Source of the DNA: Candidatus Parcubacteria bacterium | GTDB lineage: Bacteria > Patescibacteriota > Minisyncoccia > UBA6257 > HR35 | NCBI GenBank assembly: GCA_025999335.1 | Contig: AP024681.1 | Coordinates: 523,547 to 587,546 of the forward strand | Direction: 5' to 3' | Length of the DNA stretch: 64,000 nucleotides | Shown: positions 1 through 9,312 of the stretch, one piece after another | Layout: every line of letters begins with the position of its first letter | Numbering within the stretch: the first letter of the stretch is position 1 | Notes under the pieces: generated by a model | Seen by the model: the letters and a program-made list of their open reading frames with translations, nothing else | Databases searched by the model: none | Told to the model about the DNA's origin: nothing | Program-made: the position numbers and the translations under genes

Positions 1-99
1 ATCGCCTAATTTTTTTGCTTCTTGGAAAAGTTTTAGATGACCCAAATGAGGAGGATCGAAACCGCCACTAACAGCTACAATAATTTTTTTCTTTTTCAT
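1..99 (-). CDS. Cytidylyl/adenylyltransferase (TagD/RfaE-like), N-terminal part; runs off the window edge
   Basis: Manual translation MKKKKIIVAVSGGFDPPHLGHLKLFQEAKKLGD has the GxFD..HxGH nucleotidyltransferase motif. Confidence 0.85.
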   Translation of the reverse strand, partial: MKKKKIIVAVSGGFDPPHLGHLKLFQEAKKLGD

Positions 100-225
100 T
101 TTTATTAAAAATTTTATTATTTTTCTAAAAATTTTTTGACTTTTTCTTAAAATTTTACTAAATTTGTTTCGTTTTATTAATCTAAAAAGGAACAGCAAAA
201 CTTTTTTATGTCTACAAAATTAATG

Positions 226-486
226 TCAAAATTGTTTTTTAACTGTACTTGCTAATTCAGGATTGTTTTTAATAGTTTTAGTTAATGTTTTATTTTGTTC
301 CAAAATAGTTGCTAATTGTGCTGTAAAACAAAAATAAATTTTAATCTTATTATGATACTCTGTTTCATTAATATATTTTTTATTGGTTATTTTATTTGTT
401 TTTAGCTTTGCTAAAATTTCATCAAGATTTTTTGAATTTAAAGCACTATTTTGTTTTTCTTGATAATTTTGTCTATAATTTTTCAT
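226..486 (-). CDS. Hypothetical protein
   Basis: 86-aa ORF on the same strand as the neighbouring cytidylyltransferase; no motif. Confidence 0.4.
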   Translation of the reverse strand: MKNYRQNYQEKQNSALNSKNLDEILAKLKTNKITNKKYINETEYHNKIKIYFCFTAQLATILEQNKTLTKTIKNNPELASTVKKQF

Positions 487-565
487 TGCTTTGCATTGGT
501 TGGTTGACGATGATCTTAATATAATAAAATTATATTATATATTTGATTTTTTAAAACTTAGTTTA

Positions 566-3142
566 ATGACAAAGGAACTTATTACTAAAATAATAATAGT
601 TATATTATTGATTGTTAATATTAATGTTTTTTATTTTATTTTTAGAAACAATGCTATCAAAAATTTTTCTTCCAATGATAATTTAATAGCTTCTTTAATA
701 GATGCTGAGAGCTATTTTTCGACTGTTTCTTCAAACTTTACGAACTACCAAAAATTAAGTTTAGATAAGCAAAAAGAAGATAATGAAAATAATCTTAGCA
801 ACAAAAAATATTTAGCTAATAATAAAACTCGCTACAATACAAACCAAGAACAGAGTTTAGACAGTGGTTTATTTTATTTTGAAGAAATACGAAAAAATTT
901 ATTAATCAATAAACAAAGCAGTAATTTTCTTCAAAATAATCAGTCATTGAATGCAAATATAGATTTTATAAATCAAAGTCAATTTTTTAATAAAGCTAAT
1001 AATCCATCAGCAGAAATAACTAATTTGCAATTTTCATCTAGTTCTGTTAAGGCAATTAACATTTTAAGTTCTTCAGTAATTATTAATTCTTCATCCGATA
1101 ATAACTTCCAAAATAATTATTATAATTACGCTTTTTTAAAGGCAACAATTAGCGCTCAAGATGATAAGAAAAATGATAATATTGTTTCATCGTTATCTCA
1201 TAAAAACGATATTTGTGAAGCGTATAAATCGAAAAATTATCCTAAAATTTTAATTTCCGAGATAAAATTTGAAGCAAAAGATAATCCTGATGATGAATAT
1301 ATAGAACTTTATAATCCAACTGATATAGAAATAGATTTGACCTGTTGGTCCTTAGAAAAATATGCTTCAAAACAAGACTCAAATTCATTGCCTAATGTGA
1401 CTATTTTATTGCCTGCTTCAAAATTTAACGGCGTCATAAGACCTTATTCGTTTTTTTTAATTACTTCTTCGTCGACAAAAGAAAAATATAAGGGTGATTT
1501 GGCTTATGCTCAAAGTTATTCTTTAGCTAAAAATAATACTATTATTCTTAAAAAACCTAACGGTGAAGTTGTCGATCTAATTGGTTATGGCGATAATAAA
1601 GAAAAAATTTATCAATATGAAGCAAATCCATTTTTAAGCCAAAATTTTTATAATAAATCAATTCAAAGAAAAAATTTACAAGATTCAGGCAATAATTCAG
1701 AAGATTTTTGGCTTAAAGATCCTAATCCTGAAAATTCAACTTTTCCTATTCGAAAACCAAGAGAAGATTTTATTGATTTAAGTAAAATAAACCTCGGTCA
1801 ACTTCAAGTTTTTATAATTACTAACGAAGAGAAAACATTATTAAAGTTAGTTCTTAATAGTCAACCATCTAATATTTTTTCGTCTAATTATGTTTACAAT
1901 CTTTTGATTGCAACTTCGGCTAATATTATGCGAATCGGTGAAAATCAATTAAATACGACAATGAATGTAAGTACTAACGGCGATTTGCTTGATAAGAATA
2001 TTAGTGTTTATTCGCATTTAGAAGATTTTGGTTCAACTTCAAGTTTGCTGTTATCGAAATTTGACTTTTCAACAACAGCTTTTGAAACAATAATCACTAA
2101 ATGTCCTTCAACTTCAACTTTATATTACTTTGCTATTTATCTTCAAGACTTGTTAGATAAAGAGAACAGAACAAGTTTTGCGATAGCTTCAACAACTTTG
2201 CCGGAACATTTGTGTAATCCTGAAGCTGAAGAAAAAATAACTTTTACTTCAACAACTACTTCAGCAACAGCGACGGTTAAAATTTTAATTTCCGAAGTAA
2301 GAGTTATTGAAGGAACATCTACGAACGAATATATTGAGCTTTATAATCCTAATAATACACCAATCAATTTAGCAGGATGGAAATTATTAAAATATAATAG
2401 TGAAAATAAAGCATCTACAATTATAAGTGATCGGACAAAATCTAAATTTAAGGATATTACTTTACAACCTTTTAGCTATTTGCTTCTTGCCAATACTTCA
2501 ACTTTATTGATTAATGGTAAAAATATTAATGTTGATTTGATTTATGCTTTATCTAATGATTTAGCTAAAAATAACTCGCTTGCTCTTGTTAATGATAAAG
2601 ATGTAATTGTTGATCAATTTTCTTGGGATAGGGCGAGTGATCATAAATCTTATTCAAGAAAAAAAATTGATGTTACTAGCGAAGATAATTATTTTACAGA
2701 TTTTACGGATTTAGGCAATGCTTATGATACTAACAATATTTCGGATTTTATTTTAGTTGATCCTAATCCTCAAAATTCATCAATCAGCAAACCCATTCCT
2801 CTTGATATTATAATGTCTAACTATGAATTGGAAAACAATAATTCTGAGGCTTTATTAAATATCATTCTTTCTTGGATAACGCCTTTTGTTTATGATAATG
2901 CTAATTATGAATATAGATTATTTTTTGCAACATCAGCAGATAACTTTTATTCTTTAGATGGCAAGGCTTCTTTTGTTTTGCCTCAATTTCAAGCTTTGTC
3001 TTTGCAGAAAGTTAAAATTACTAATTTAAATATCAATTCTTTAATTTCGGGAGATAGTTTTGATATCGCTGAATTAAAATTGAAATTAGAGTTATATAAA
3101 AATAATAATAAAATATCAGAAATAATCTATCGTAAAAATTGA
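566..3142 (+). CDS. Membrane-anchored surface protein with two lamin-tail (LTD) domains
   Basis: Two ILISE..EYIELYNP..I.L..W.L repeats and an N-terminal TM helix; ATG 566 preferred over TTG 491. Confidence 0.8.
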   Translation: MTKELITKIIIVILLIVNINVFYFIFRNNAIKNFSSNDNLIASLIDAESYFSTVSSNFTNYQKLSLDKQKEDNENNLSNKKYLANNKTRYNTNQEQSLDSGLFYFEEIRKNLLINKQSSNFLQNNQSLNANIDFINQSQFFNKANNPSAEITNLQFSSSSVKAINILSSSVIINSSSDNNFQNNYYNYAFLKATISAQDDKKNDNIVSSLSHKNDICEAYKSKNYPKILISEIKFEAKDNPDDEYIELYNPTDIEIDLTCWSLEKYASKQDSNSLPNVTILLPASKFNGVIRPYSFFLITSSSTKEKYKGDLAYAQSYSLAKNNTIILKKPNGEVVDLIGYGDNKEKIYQYEANPFLSQNFYNKSIQRKNLQDSGNNSEDFWLKDPNPENSTFPIRKPREDFIDLSKINLGQLQVFIITNEEKTLLKLVLNSQPSNIFSSNYVYNLLIATSANIMRIGENQLNTTMNVSTNGDLLDKNISVYSHLEDFGSTSSLLLSKFDFSTTAFETIITKCPSTSTLYYFAIYLQDLLDKENRTSFAIASTTLPEHLCNPEAEEKITFTSTTTSATATVKILISEVRVIEGTSTNEYIELYNPNNTPINLAGWKLLKYNSENKASTIISDRTKSKFKDITLQPFSYLLLANTSTLLINGKNINVDLIYALSNDLAKNNSLALVNDKDVIVDQFSWDRASDHKSYSRKKIDVTSEDNYFTDFTDLGNAYDTNNISDFILVDPNPQNSSISKPIPLDIIMSNYELENNNSEALLNIILSWITPFVYDNANYEYRLFFATSADNFYSLDGKASFVLPQFQALSLQKVKITNLNINSLISGDSFDIAELKLKLELYKNNNKISEIIYRKN

Positions 3143-3242
3143 AATTTTTTATTAATGGTTTAAAGAATTTTGCAAGCGCTTAGGGTTATGAGATTTAAAT
3201 AATAATTATTAAAGCTTTTAGAATTTATAATATAGATTACCA

Positions 3243-4868
3243 ATGAAACTTCTTTTAGTTGAATCACCGATAAAAGCACGAACAATTAAAAAATTTTTAA
3301 AAGGTTATTTTGTCATTGCTACTTATGGACATTTTTTAGATTTACCGCAAAGAGAATTTGGAATTTATTTAAAAGATAATCAACTTGAAGCTAAATATGT
3401 GCCTTTAAAAGGAAAAAAGAAAATTATTGAAAAAATTAAAAAATTAGCTAAAAATAGCGAGGAAATTTTAATTGCCTCCGATCCTGATCGAGAAGGAGAA
3501 ATGATTGCTTATGAAATTAAAATGATTTTGCCGCAAAAAGAGCATAAAAAAATTAAAAGAATCAGTGTTCATGAAATTACTCAAAAAGCATTTTTAGAGG
3601 CTTTAAAAAATAAATCAGAAATTCTTGAAAGTTTAGTTAATGCTCAAAAAGGAAGAAGATATTTAGATAGAATTTTTGGTTATAAAATTTCACCACTTCT
3701 TTGGAGTTTTGGTAAAGCTTTATCAGCTGGAAGAGTTCAATCCGCAGCCCTGAGAATAATTATTGAGCGAGAAAAAGAGATTAGAGATTTCAAAAAAGAA
3801 GAATTTTTTGAGGTTTATTTAATTTTGGAAAACTTTTCTGCCTCTCGTCAGACAGGTCACTTAAAAGCTGTTTTAGTTGATAAAAATTTGCAAACCCTTA
3901 AGCTTAAAAAAGAAGACCTAGAAAAAGTTAAAAAAGATATTTTAAAAATTGAAAAGGTAAAACTAGAAACAATTATTGACGAAAAAAAGAAAATTTTTCC
4001 TCCTTTGCCTTTAGATACTGAGAATTTACAAAGATTAGCATATCGATTTTTAAAATTTCCACCTAAAAAGACAATGTTTTTAGCGCAAAAACTTTTTGAA
4101 ATGGGGCTGATTACATATCATCGTACTCAAAGCCATTTTATTAATAAAGATTTTTCCTTGAAATTGAAAAAATTTATTGAAGAGAATTATGGTAAAAAAT
4201 ATTTTTCTTTTCCTCGAAGCAAAAAAGAAAAATTCAGTTTTGAAGCTCATGAAGCTATAAGACCAACAAAAGTGGAAAAGCCCGATATTTATAATGATTT
4301 TTTGAAACTGTGGCAATTAATTTTAATGATAACGATTGCCTCTCATCTCAAACCTTTAGAATATTTAGAATCAAAATTTGTTTTCAAAAGCAATGATTTT
4401 TATTTTTTAGCAACTAATAAAGAACTTATTTTTGATGGTTTTGCGAAAGTTTTTCCAGTTAAAGAAAAGTTTACTCCGAAACCAAAAGTAAAAAAAGGCG
4501 CAGAATTTTCTATTTTAGATAAAGAATTTAAAAAAGTTGAAACTAAACCACCAGCAAGATTTACTGAAGCAAGTTTAATTAGAAAATTAAAAGAATTAGG
4601 AATTGGCAGACCTTCAACTTATGTGCAGACAATTGAAACTTTAAAAAAAAGAAGATATATAATTTTAGAAAAAAAGTATTTAAAGCCAACTGAACTTGGC
4701 GAGAAAGTTTATGAATATTTAAGCAAAAATTTTCCTGACCTAATTGATTTAAAATTTACAGCCTTAATGGAAGAAAATTTAGATAAAATTGCCCAAGATT
4801 TATTAGATTATCAAGAGTTTGTTATTAATTTTTTAAAAGAAGTAGAGAAAAAAATAAAACAAAATTGA
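3243..4868 (+). CDS. topA: DNA topoisomerase IA, short form without C-terminal Zn ribbons
   Basis: VESPxKA, DPDREGE, SAGRVQS, ITYHRT (active-site Tyr) and GIGRPSTY motifs. Confidence 0.95.
   Translation: MKLLLVESPIKARTIKKFLKGYFVIATYGHFLDLPQREFGIYLKDNQLEAKYVPLKGKKKIIEKIKKLAKNSEEILIASDPDREGEMIAYEIKMILPQKEHKKIKRISVHEITQKAFLEALKNKSEILESLVNAQKGRRYLDRIFGYKISPLLWSFGKALSAGRVQSAALRIIIEREKEIRDFKKEEFFEVYLILENFSASRQTGHLKAVLVDKNLQTLKLKKEDLEKVKKDILKIEKVKLETIIDEKKKIFPPLPLDTENLQRLAYRFLKFPPKKTMFLAQKLFEMGLITYHRTQSHFINKDFSLKLKKFIEENYGKKYFSFPRSKKEKFSFEAHEAIRPTKVEKPDIYNDFLKLWQLILMITIASHLKPLEYLESKFVFKSNDFYFLATNKELIFDGFAKVFPVKEKFTPKPKVKKGAEFSILDKEFKKVETKPPARFTEASLIRKLKELGIGRPSTYVQTIETLKKRRYIILEKKYLKPTELGEKVYEYLSKNFPDLIDLKFTALMEENLDKIAQDLLDYQEFVINFLKEVEKKIKQN
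3837..3856 (+). repeat. Degenerate copy of the 20-bp CCTGCCTACCGGCAGGCAGG palindromic element, in frame within topA
   Basis: TCTGCCTCTCGTCAGACAGG is 15/20 identical to 31773-31792 and reads SASRQTG. Confidence 0.55.
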
Positions 4869-5021
4869 TTTGAGATTTAATTTATTTTAATTAAATTTTT
4901 TATCCACTCGTATCATTGAATGTGATAAAATTTGCTAATATATTGTTAATATAAATTTTGTTATTATAATATAATTATACTTTTGTGTAACTAAGTAAAA
5001 CGCATAATTAAAAAATATTTA

Positions 5022-5738
5022 ATGAAGAAGATATTAAAATTAGTTAGCAAAAGAGAAATAGCCGAAAATACTTTGGAGTTTTGTTTTGAAAAGCCAGATG
5101 ATTTGAATTTTAAAAATGGTCAACATTTTGTAATAAAAATTGATAACTTATCTATGATTGACGAAAAAGGTAATGAGCGAGTTTTTTCTGTGGTTTCATC
5201 AGCTAATGATAAAAATTTATGTTTTGCCACAAGAATACGAGATTCTGCCTTTAAAAAAACTTTGAAAAGTTTAAACCAAGGAGATGAAGTGGAAGTTGAT
5301 GGTCCTTATGGCTATATGACATTACCTAAAAGTATTGACAAAGATTTAGTATTTATTGCCGGCGGGATAGGTATTACGCCTTTTATTGGAATGATTAGAT
5401 ACGCAATTCAAGAAAATTTACAATTTAGGATTTATCTTTTTTATTCTAATCGTCGTCCTGAAGATGCTGCTTATTTAGATGAACTTTTAAATTACAATAA
5501 AGAAGGCAAGATTAAATTAATAGCTACGATGACTCAATGGCAAGATTCTCGTATAAGCTGGGAAGGAGAGAAAGGTTATATTGATGAAACAATGTTAAAA
5601 AAATATATTCCTGATTTAAATAATGTTATTTTTTATATTGCTGGTCCTCCAGAAATGGTTTCAGCTATGCGTTCTTTACTTGAAAATCTTAATGTTGATG
5701 ATAGTAGCATTAAAAGTGAGGATTTTACTGGTTATTAA
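5022..5738 (+). CDS. FAD/NAD(P)-binding ferredoxin-reductase-like oxidoreductase
   Basis: RVFS, GPYG, IAGGIGITP, YIAGPPEM motifs and C-terminal EDF. Confidence 0.9.
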   Translation: MKKILKLVSKREIAENTLEFCFEKPDDLNFKNGQHFVIKIDNLSMIDEKGNERVFSVVSSANDKNLCFATRIRDSAFKKTLKSLNQGDEVEVDGPYGYMTLPKSIDKDLVFIAGGIGITPFIGMIRYAIQENLQFRIYLFYSNRRPEDAAYLDELLNYNKEGKIKLIATMTQWQDSRISWEGEKGYIDETMLKKYIPDLNNVIFYIAGPPEMVSAMRSLLENLNVDDSSIKSEDFTGY

Positions 5739-5808
5739 ATAGCTTATTATTTTAATAAATAATTGTTTTTATGTTTTAAAACTTCGATATTTGAAAGATA
5801 AATAAAAA

Positions 5809-6096
5809 TTGATAAAACCTAATAAATTAAATTTTTGTCATATTGTTTTCGGAAAATCAACTTATGCTCGTTGTGGTATTATTGTTAATGTTACACCTTT
5901 AGAGCCCCAGTGGGAAGGAACATTGGTTATCGAAATTTCTAACACAACCCCTCTGCCAGCAAAAATTTACGCTAATGAAGGAATTGCTCAACTAATCTTT
6001 TTAGAAGCTGATGAACCTTGCAAAATTTCTTATGCTGATCGTAAGGGAAAATATCAAAAACAAAAAAGTATAGTTTTACCAAAAGTTGAAAAATAA
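5809..6096 (+). pseudogene. dcd: dCTP deaminase, 5'-truncated (C-terminal half only)
   Basis: [23 protein letters not shown]...YANEGIAQ...YADRKGKYQ; N-terminal half absent, TTG start only. Confidence 0.8.
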
Positions 6097-6124
6097 TGTT
6101 CGAAATTAAAAAAATTTATAAAAA

Positions 6125-6817
6125 TTGAAATATATTTTTCTTCTTTCAAGGTTAATTTTAGGGTTTTATTTTTTATCGAATGCTTTTAACCATTTTAAGA
6201 ATTTGAGCATACTTGCTGAATATGCTAAAAGCAAAAATGTTCTAAAGCCGAAATTAGCTGTTATATTTACTGGCTTTCTTCTTTTAATAGGAGGCCTTTC
6301 GATTTTATTAGGAGTTTATATTGAAATTGGAGTTTTAGCTTTAACTTTATTCTTTTTACCGGTAAGTTTTATAATGCATAATTTTTGGAAAGTTCAAGAT
6401 CCGCAAATGAAAATGATTGAGATGGTAAATTTTACTAAAAATATGGCGATTTGGGCATGTATTTTGCTTTTACTTTTTGTTCCTCAACCTTTGAGTTATC
6501 TTGAACAATTAAAAATTTGCAAAGATTTGTCCGAAGAAGCCTGCTTTGCAAATGATAATTGTATCGGAATATACGGACCAAGTTATTGTTCTCCTTCTCC
6601 TTTGGAAATGTGTACAACAGATTTAGTTTTTAAGTACTGTTGGGCATCTGGTTTAAATGCTTATGAAATTCAACAAATAAAAAACGAATGTAGTAAAATC
6701 GGTGGCAAATTTAGAAAAGATAAAATTAGTGGTTATGAATGCCTTTGCGAGAAATCAGGTTATATTGGGGACTATGGATGTTTAGAAGATTTGATATATA
6801 AATTAGAATCGAACTAA
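6125..6817 (+). CDS. DoxX-family membrane protein fused to a Cys-rich extracellular domain
   Basis: Four TM segments with MHNFW...F.KN.A, followed by a ~100-aa Cys-rich tail. Confidence 0.75.
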   Translation: MKYIFLLSRLILGFYFLSNAFNHFKNLSILAEYAKSKNVLKPKLAVIFTGFLLLIGGLSILLGVYIEIGVLALTLFFLPVSFIMHNFWKVQDPQMKMIEMVNFTKNMAIWACILLLLFVPQPLSYLEQLKICKDLSEEACFANDNCIGIYGPSYCSPSPLEMCTTDLVFKYCWASGLNAYEIQQIKNECSKIGGKFRKDKISGYECLCEKSGYIGDYGCLEDLIYKLESN

Positions 6818-6943
6818 TTTTTGCTTTAAGTTTTTATTAATAATATAATATAATTTGAAAAAGAATTTAATTATTGTTTGCCTTCTGATAGCTTTCCGGT
6901 TAAATAAAACAAGTCGATATCCATTAAAACTAGAATATTAAAA

Positions 6944-7360
6944 ATGATTATCAAAAAGTTTAAGGGAAATTATCTTTTAAGAATTGAGCCAAACGAAGAA
7001 TTGTTTATTTCTTTATTAAATTTTAGTCGCAAGCATAACATTAAGTCAGGTTTTTTTTATGGTTTTGGCGCTTCAAAAAGTTGCATAATTGGAAGATATA
7101 ACGAAAAGAAAAAAGATTATGATTGGAAAAAAATTAATCAACAAATGGAAATTGGAAGCTTAACTGGCAATATAACTTACAAAGAAGGTCATCATTATTT
7201 ACACATCCATGCTGTTTTAGGAGATAAAAACTTAAAAACACTTTCGGGACACTTAAAAGAACTCGTTATTTTCCCAACCTGTGAAATAATGCTTTTTATT
7301 TTTAATAAGAAAATTGAAAGAAAATATGACCAATTAACAAATTTATTTTTGATTGATTAA
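6944..7360 (+). CDS. PPC/DUF296 domain protein
   Basis: EIGSLTGNI, HIH and GHL..TCE motifs. Confidence 0.9.
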   Translation: MIIKKFKGNYLLRIEPNEELFISLLNFSRKHNIKSGFFYGFGASKSCIIGRYNEKKKDYDWKKINQQMEIGSLTGNITYKEGHHYLHIHAVLGDKNLKTLSGHLKELVIFPTCEIMLFIFNKKIERKYDQLTNLFLID

Positions 7361-8319
7361 TGTATCTTCTAGGAGATATTGGGGGAACAAAGACAAGGCT
7401 AATATTTTGTAAATCAGACGAAGATTTTAGAAAACAAAAATTGCAAATTTTCATAACACCTCAAAACTACAGAGAATTTTTAGAATTATTAAAAAGTATT
7501 CTTCATTCGTATAAATCAGCATCTATTACGCATTTATCTGCGTGTATTTTTGGTTTTGCAGGAATGTTGGATAAAAAGAAAGAAAAATTGATTTATGCTC
7601 CCAATCTAAGAAATTTTGAAAACAAAAATTTAAAAAGAGATTTAGAGAAAATTTTGAAGACAGAAGTTATTTTAGAAAATGATGCTGCTTTAGCTGGTTT
7701 AGGAGAAGGGAAATACGGAGTAGCTCGCCTGTCCGGCGGACAGGGGAAAAATTTTGATGTTTTTGGATATATAACTTTATCAACAGGAATAGGAGGAGTG
7801 AAGATTATTAAAGTTAAAATAAGCCGTCTGAATGAAGATCGAATAAATCACCTGAATGAAGATCGAATAAATTCGGTAAATATTCGAGTAAATAATTCGG
7901 TTTTTAATTCGGGTAATAATAATTCGGTAAATATTCGGGTAGATTTTAACACATTCGGTTTTGAGCCAGGACATTCTTTTTTGTTAACGGATAATTTTTT
8001 ATTCGAGGTAGAAGAACTGCTTGGTGGCGAAAATATTAGAAAAACTTTTGGTAAAAAACCTGAAGATATAAAAGATAAAAAGTTTTGGAACTTTTATCAT
8101 CAAATTCTTTCAATTTTTTTAATCAATGTTTCAATTTTCTGGTCTATTGATAAAATAATTTTAGGTGGTAGTGTAATAAAAAGTTTAGATTTTAAAAAAT
8201 TAAATTTATTGGTTAACAAACTTCACCCTTTACCGATCAAAATAAAAATAATAAAATCAAAACTCGGTGAAATGAGTGTTTTATATGGGGGATTGGCAAT
8301 AGTGAAGCAAAATTTATGA
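7360..8319 (+). CDS. ROK-family sugar kinase carrying in-frame insertions
   Basis: DIGGT, LENDA, STGIGG, EPGH and ILGG motifs. Confidence 0.9.
   Translation: MYLLGDIGGTKTRLIFCKSDEDFRKQKLQIFITPQNYREFLELLKSILHSYKSASITHLSACIFGFAGMLDKKKEKLIYAPNLRNFENKNLKRDLEKILKTEVILENDAALAGLGEGKYGVARLSGGQGKNFDVFGYITLSTGIGGVKIIKVKISRLNEDRINHLNEDRINSVNIRVNNSVFNSGNNNSVNIRVDFNTFGFEPGHSFLLTDNFLFEVEELLGGENIRKTFGKKPEDIKDKKFWNFYHQILSIFLINVSIFWSIDKIILGGSVIKSLDFKKLNLLVNKLHPLPIKIKIIKSKLGEMSVLYGGLAIVKQNL
7505..7543 (+). repeat. Degenerate half-element of paired ATC(A/C/T)GCGT-like units within ROK
   Basis: ATTCGTAT-AA-ATCAGCAT..ATTACGCAT-TT-ATCTGCGT has the same layout as the tgt insert arm. Confidence 0.45.
7728..7744 (+). 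repeat. GC-rich palindrome CCTGTCC-GGC-GGACAGG, in frame in ROK
   Basis: Perfect 7-bp arms; adds ARLSGGQ within the usual YGAGK motif. Confidence 0.7.
7828..7941 (+). repeat. In-frame inverted array of CGAAT / ATTCG units in ROK
   Basis: Left arm (CTGAATGAAGATCGAATAAAT)x2; right arm has six ATTCG(G/A) units; ~40-aa insert. Confidence 0.85.
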
Positions 8320-8331
8320 TATAATATAAAA

Positions 8332-8508
8332 ATGGGAACAAAACTTAGAGAAAAAATTTTAAATATTCAAAGTGAATTGGAGATTTTAAAAAGGGTTTTC
8401 TTGAAAAAGCCTGATTTTTCTATTGATGAAAAGAATTGGAAAAAGATTAGAACTGAGATTAAAAAACTTAGAAAAGAGCTTTCTAAAAAGATCTATGCAA
8501 AAAAATAA
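8332..8508 (+). CDS. Putative antitoxin (58 aa), not in the ORF track
   Basis: MGTKLREKILNIQSELEILKR...KKIYAKK; extended -10 TGATATAAT 6 nt upstream; overlaps the PIN gene start. Confidence 0.7.
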   Translation: MGTKLREKILNIQSELEILKRVFLKKPDFSIDEKNWKKIRTEIKKLRKELSKKIYAKK

Positions 8509-8938
8509 AGTCTTTTTAGATAGCAGTATTTTAATCACTGCTCTTCTTTTCTCTAAAGGTGTATCTTTCTATATACTGACAAACTTAAAAGACAAATTTC
8601 ACTTTCAAATTAACGATTATGTTTTAGAAGAAATTCTTAGAGTTTTGGATAAAAAATTTTCTGTAAAAAGAAAACTGAAAAATTACCTCTTTCTGCTTTT
8701 AGGTTTAGCTAAAGTAGAAATTTTACCTCTGCCTTCTAAAGCTTCTTTAAAAAATGTATCCAAAGTTCTTAACAAAGAAGATGCAATTATTTTAGCCTCT
8801 GCGGTTTATAATAGTAACTATCTTCTTACTTTAGATAAAGATTTTTTAACTGAAAAAGTTAGAAATTTTGCTAAGAATAATGACTGTTTAATTTTAACCC
8901 CTAAAGAATTTATTGAAGATTATCTCCCTAACGACTAG
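8495..8938 (+). CDS. PIN-domain toxin (VapC/PIN_3-like)
   Basis: VFLDSSIL, EEILR, EDAIIL and LLTLDKDF acidic PIN motifs; ATG 8495 preferred. Confidence 0.85.
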   Translation: MQKNKVFLDSSILITALLFSKGVSFYILTNLKDKFHFQINDYVLEEILRVLDKKFSVKRKLKNYLFLLLGLAKVEILPLPSKASLKNVSKVLNKEDAIILASAVYNSNYLLTLDKDFLTEKVRNFAKNNDCLILTPKEFIEDYLPND

Positions 8939-8963
8939 GGGCTAGCGGTAAGAAACTGATATT

Positions 8964-9035
8964 CGGGCTGTGGTGCAGTGGTAGCACGCTGGCTTCGGGT
9001 GCCAGAGGTCGTGGGTTCAAGTCCCACCAGCCCGA
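8964..9035 (+). tRNA. tRNA-Pro(CGG)
   Basis: Acceptor CGGGCTG/CAGCCCG, anticodon arm CTGGC-TTCGGGT-GCCAG, T-loop GTTCAAG; CCA not encoded. Confidence 0.95.
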
Positions 9036-9055
9036 CAGAATGACTTTTAGCTATT

Positions 9056-9097
9056 TAACAACGCTATTTTTTTTATAGATGTTTTTTTTGTATAATT
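9056..9097 (+). promoter_or_regulatory. Upstream motif ending in TATAAT, copy 1
   Basis: Near-identical to 10790-10830. Confidence 0.55.
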
Positions 9098-9312
9098 ATT
9101 TATTAATTGTAATTAATAGGTCGTTAATTTATTGCGATAAAAGTAATTGCTGATTTTATTAGTTATGGAAAATTAATTACAATTTTATTTTTAGTTAATT
9201 TCATTATTAAAAATTAATTGTTTTAAAGGTCAATCAATTAATTTAATAAATATTAAAGGTTAAAAATTATCAATTTTATAAAATAAGAAGTAAAAAATTT
9301 TTAATAATATTT

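Noticed and set aside
8423-8494. Track starts for the PIN gene (8423) and the LTD gene (491)
   Set aside because: TTG extensions; the PIN one overlaps the putative antitoxin ORF, and in both cases downstream ATGs (8495, 566) match domain starts.
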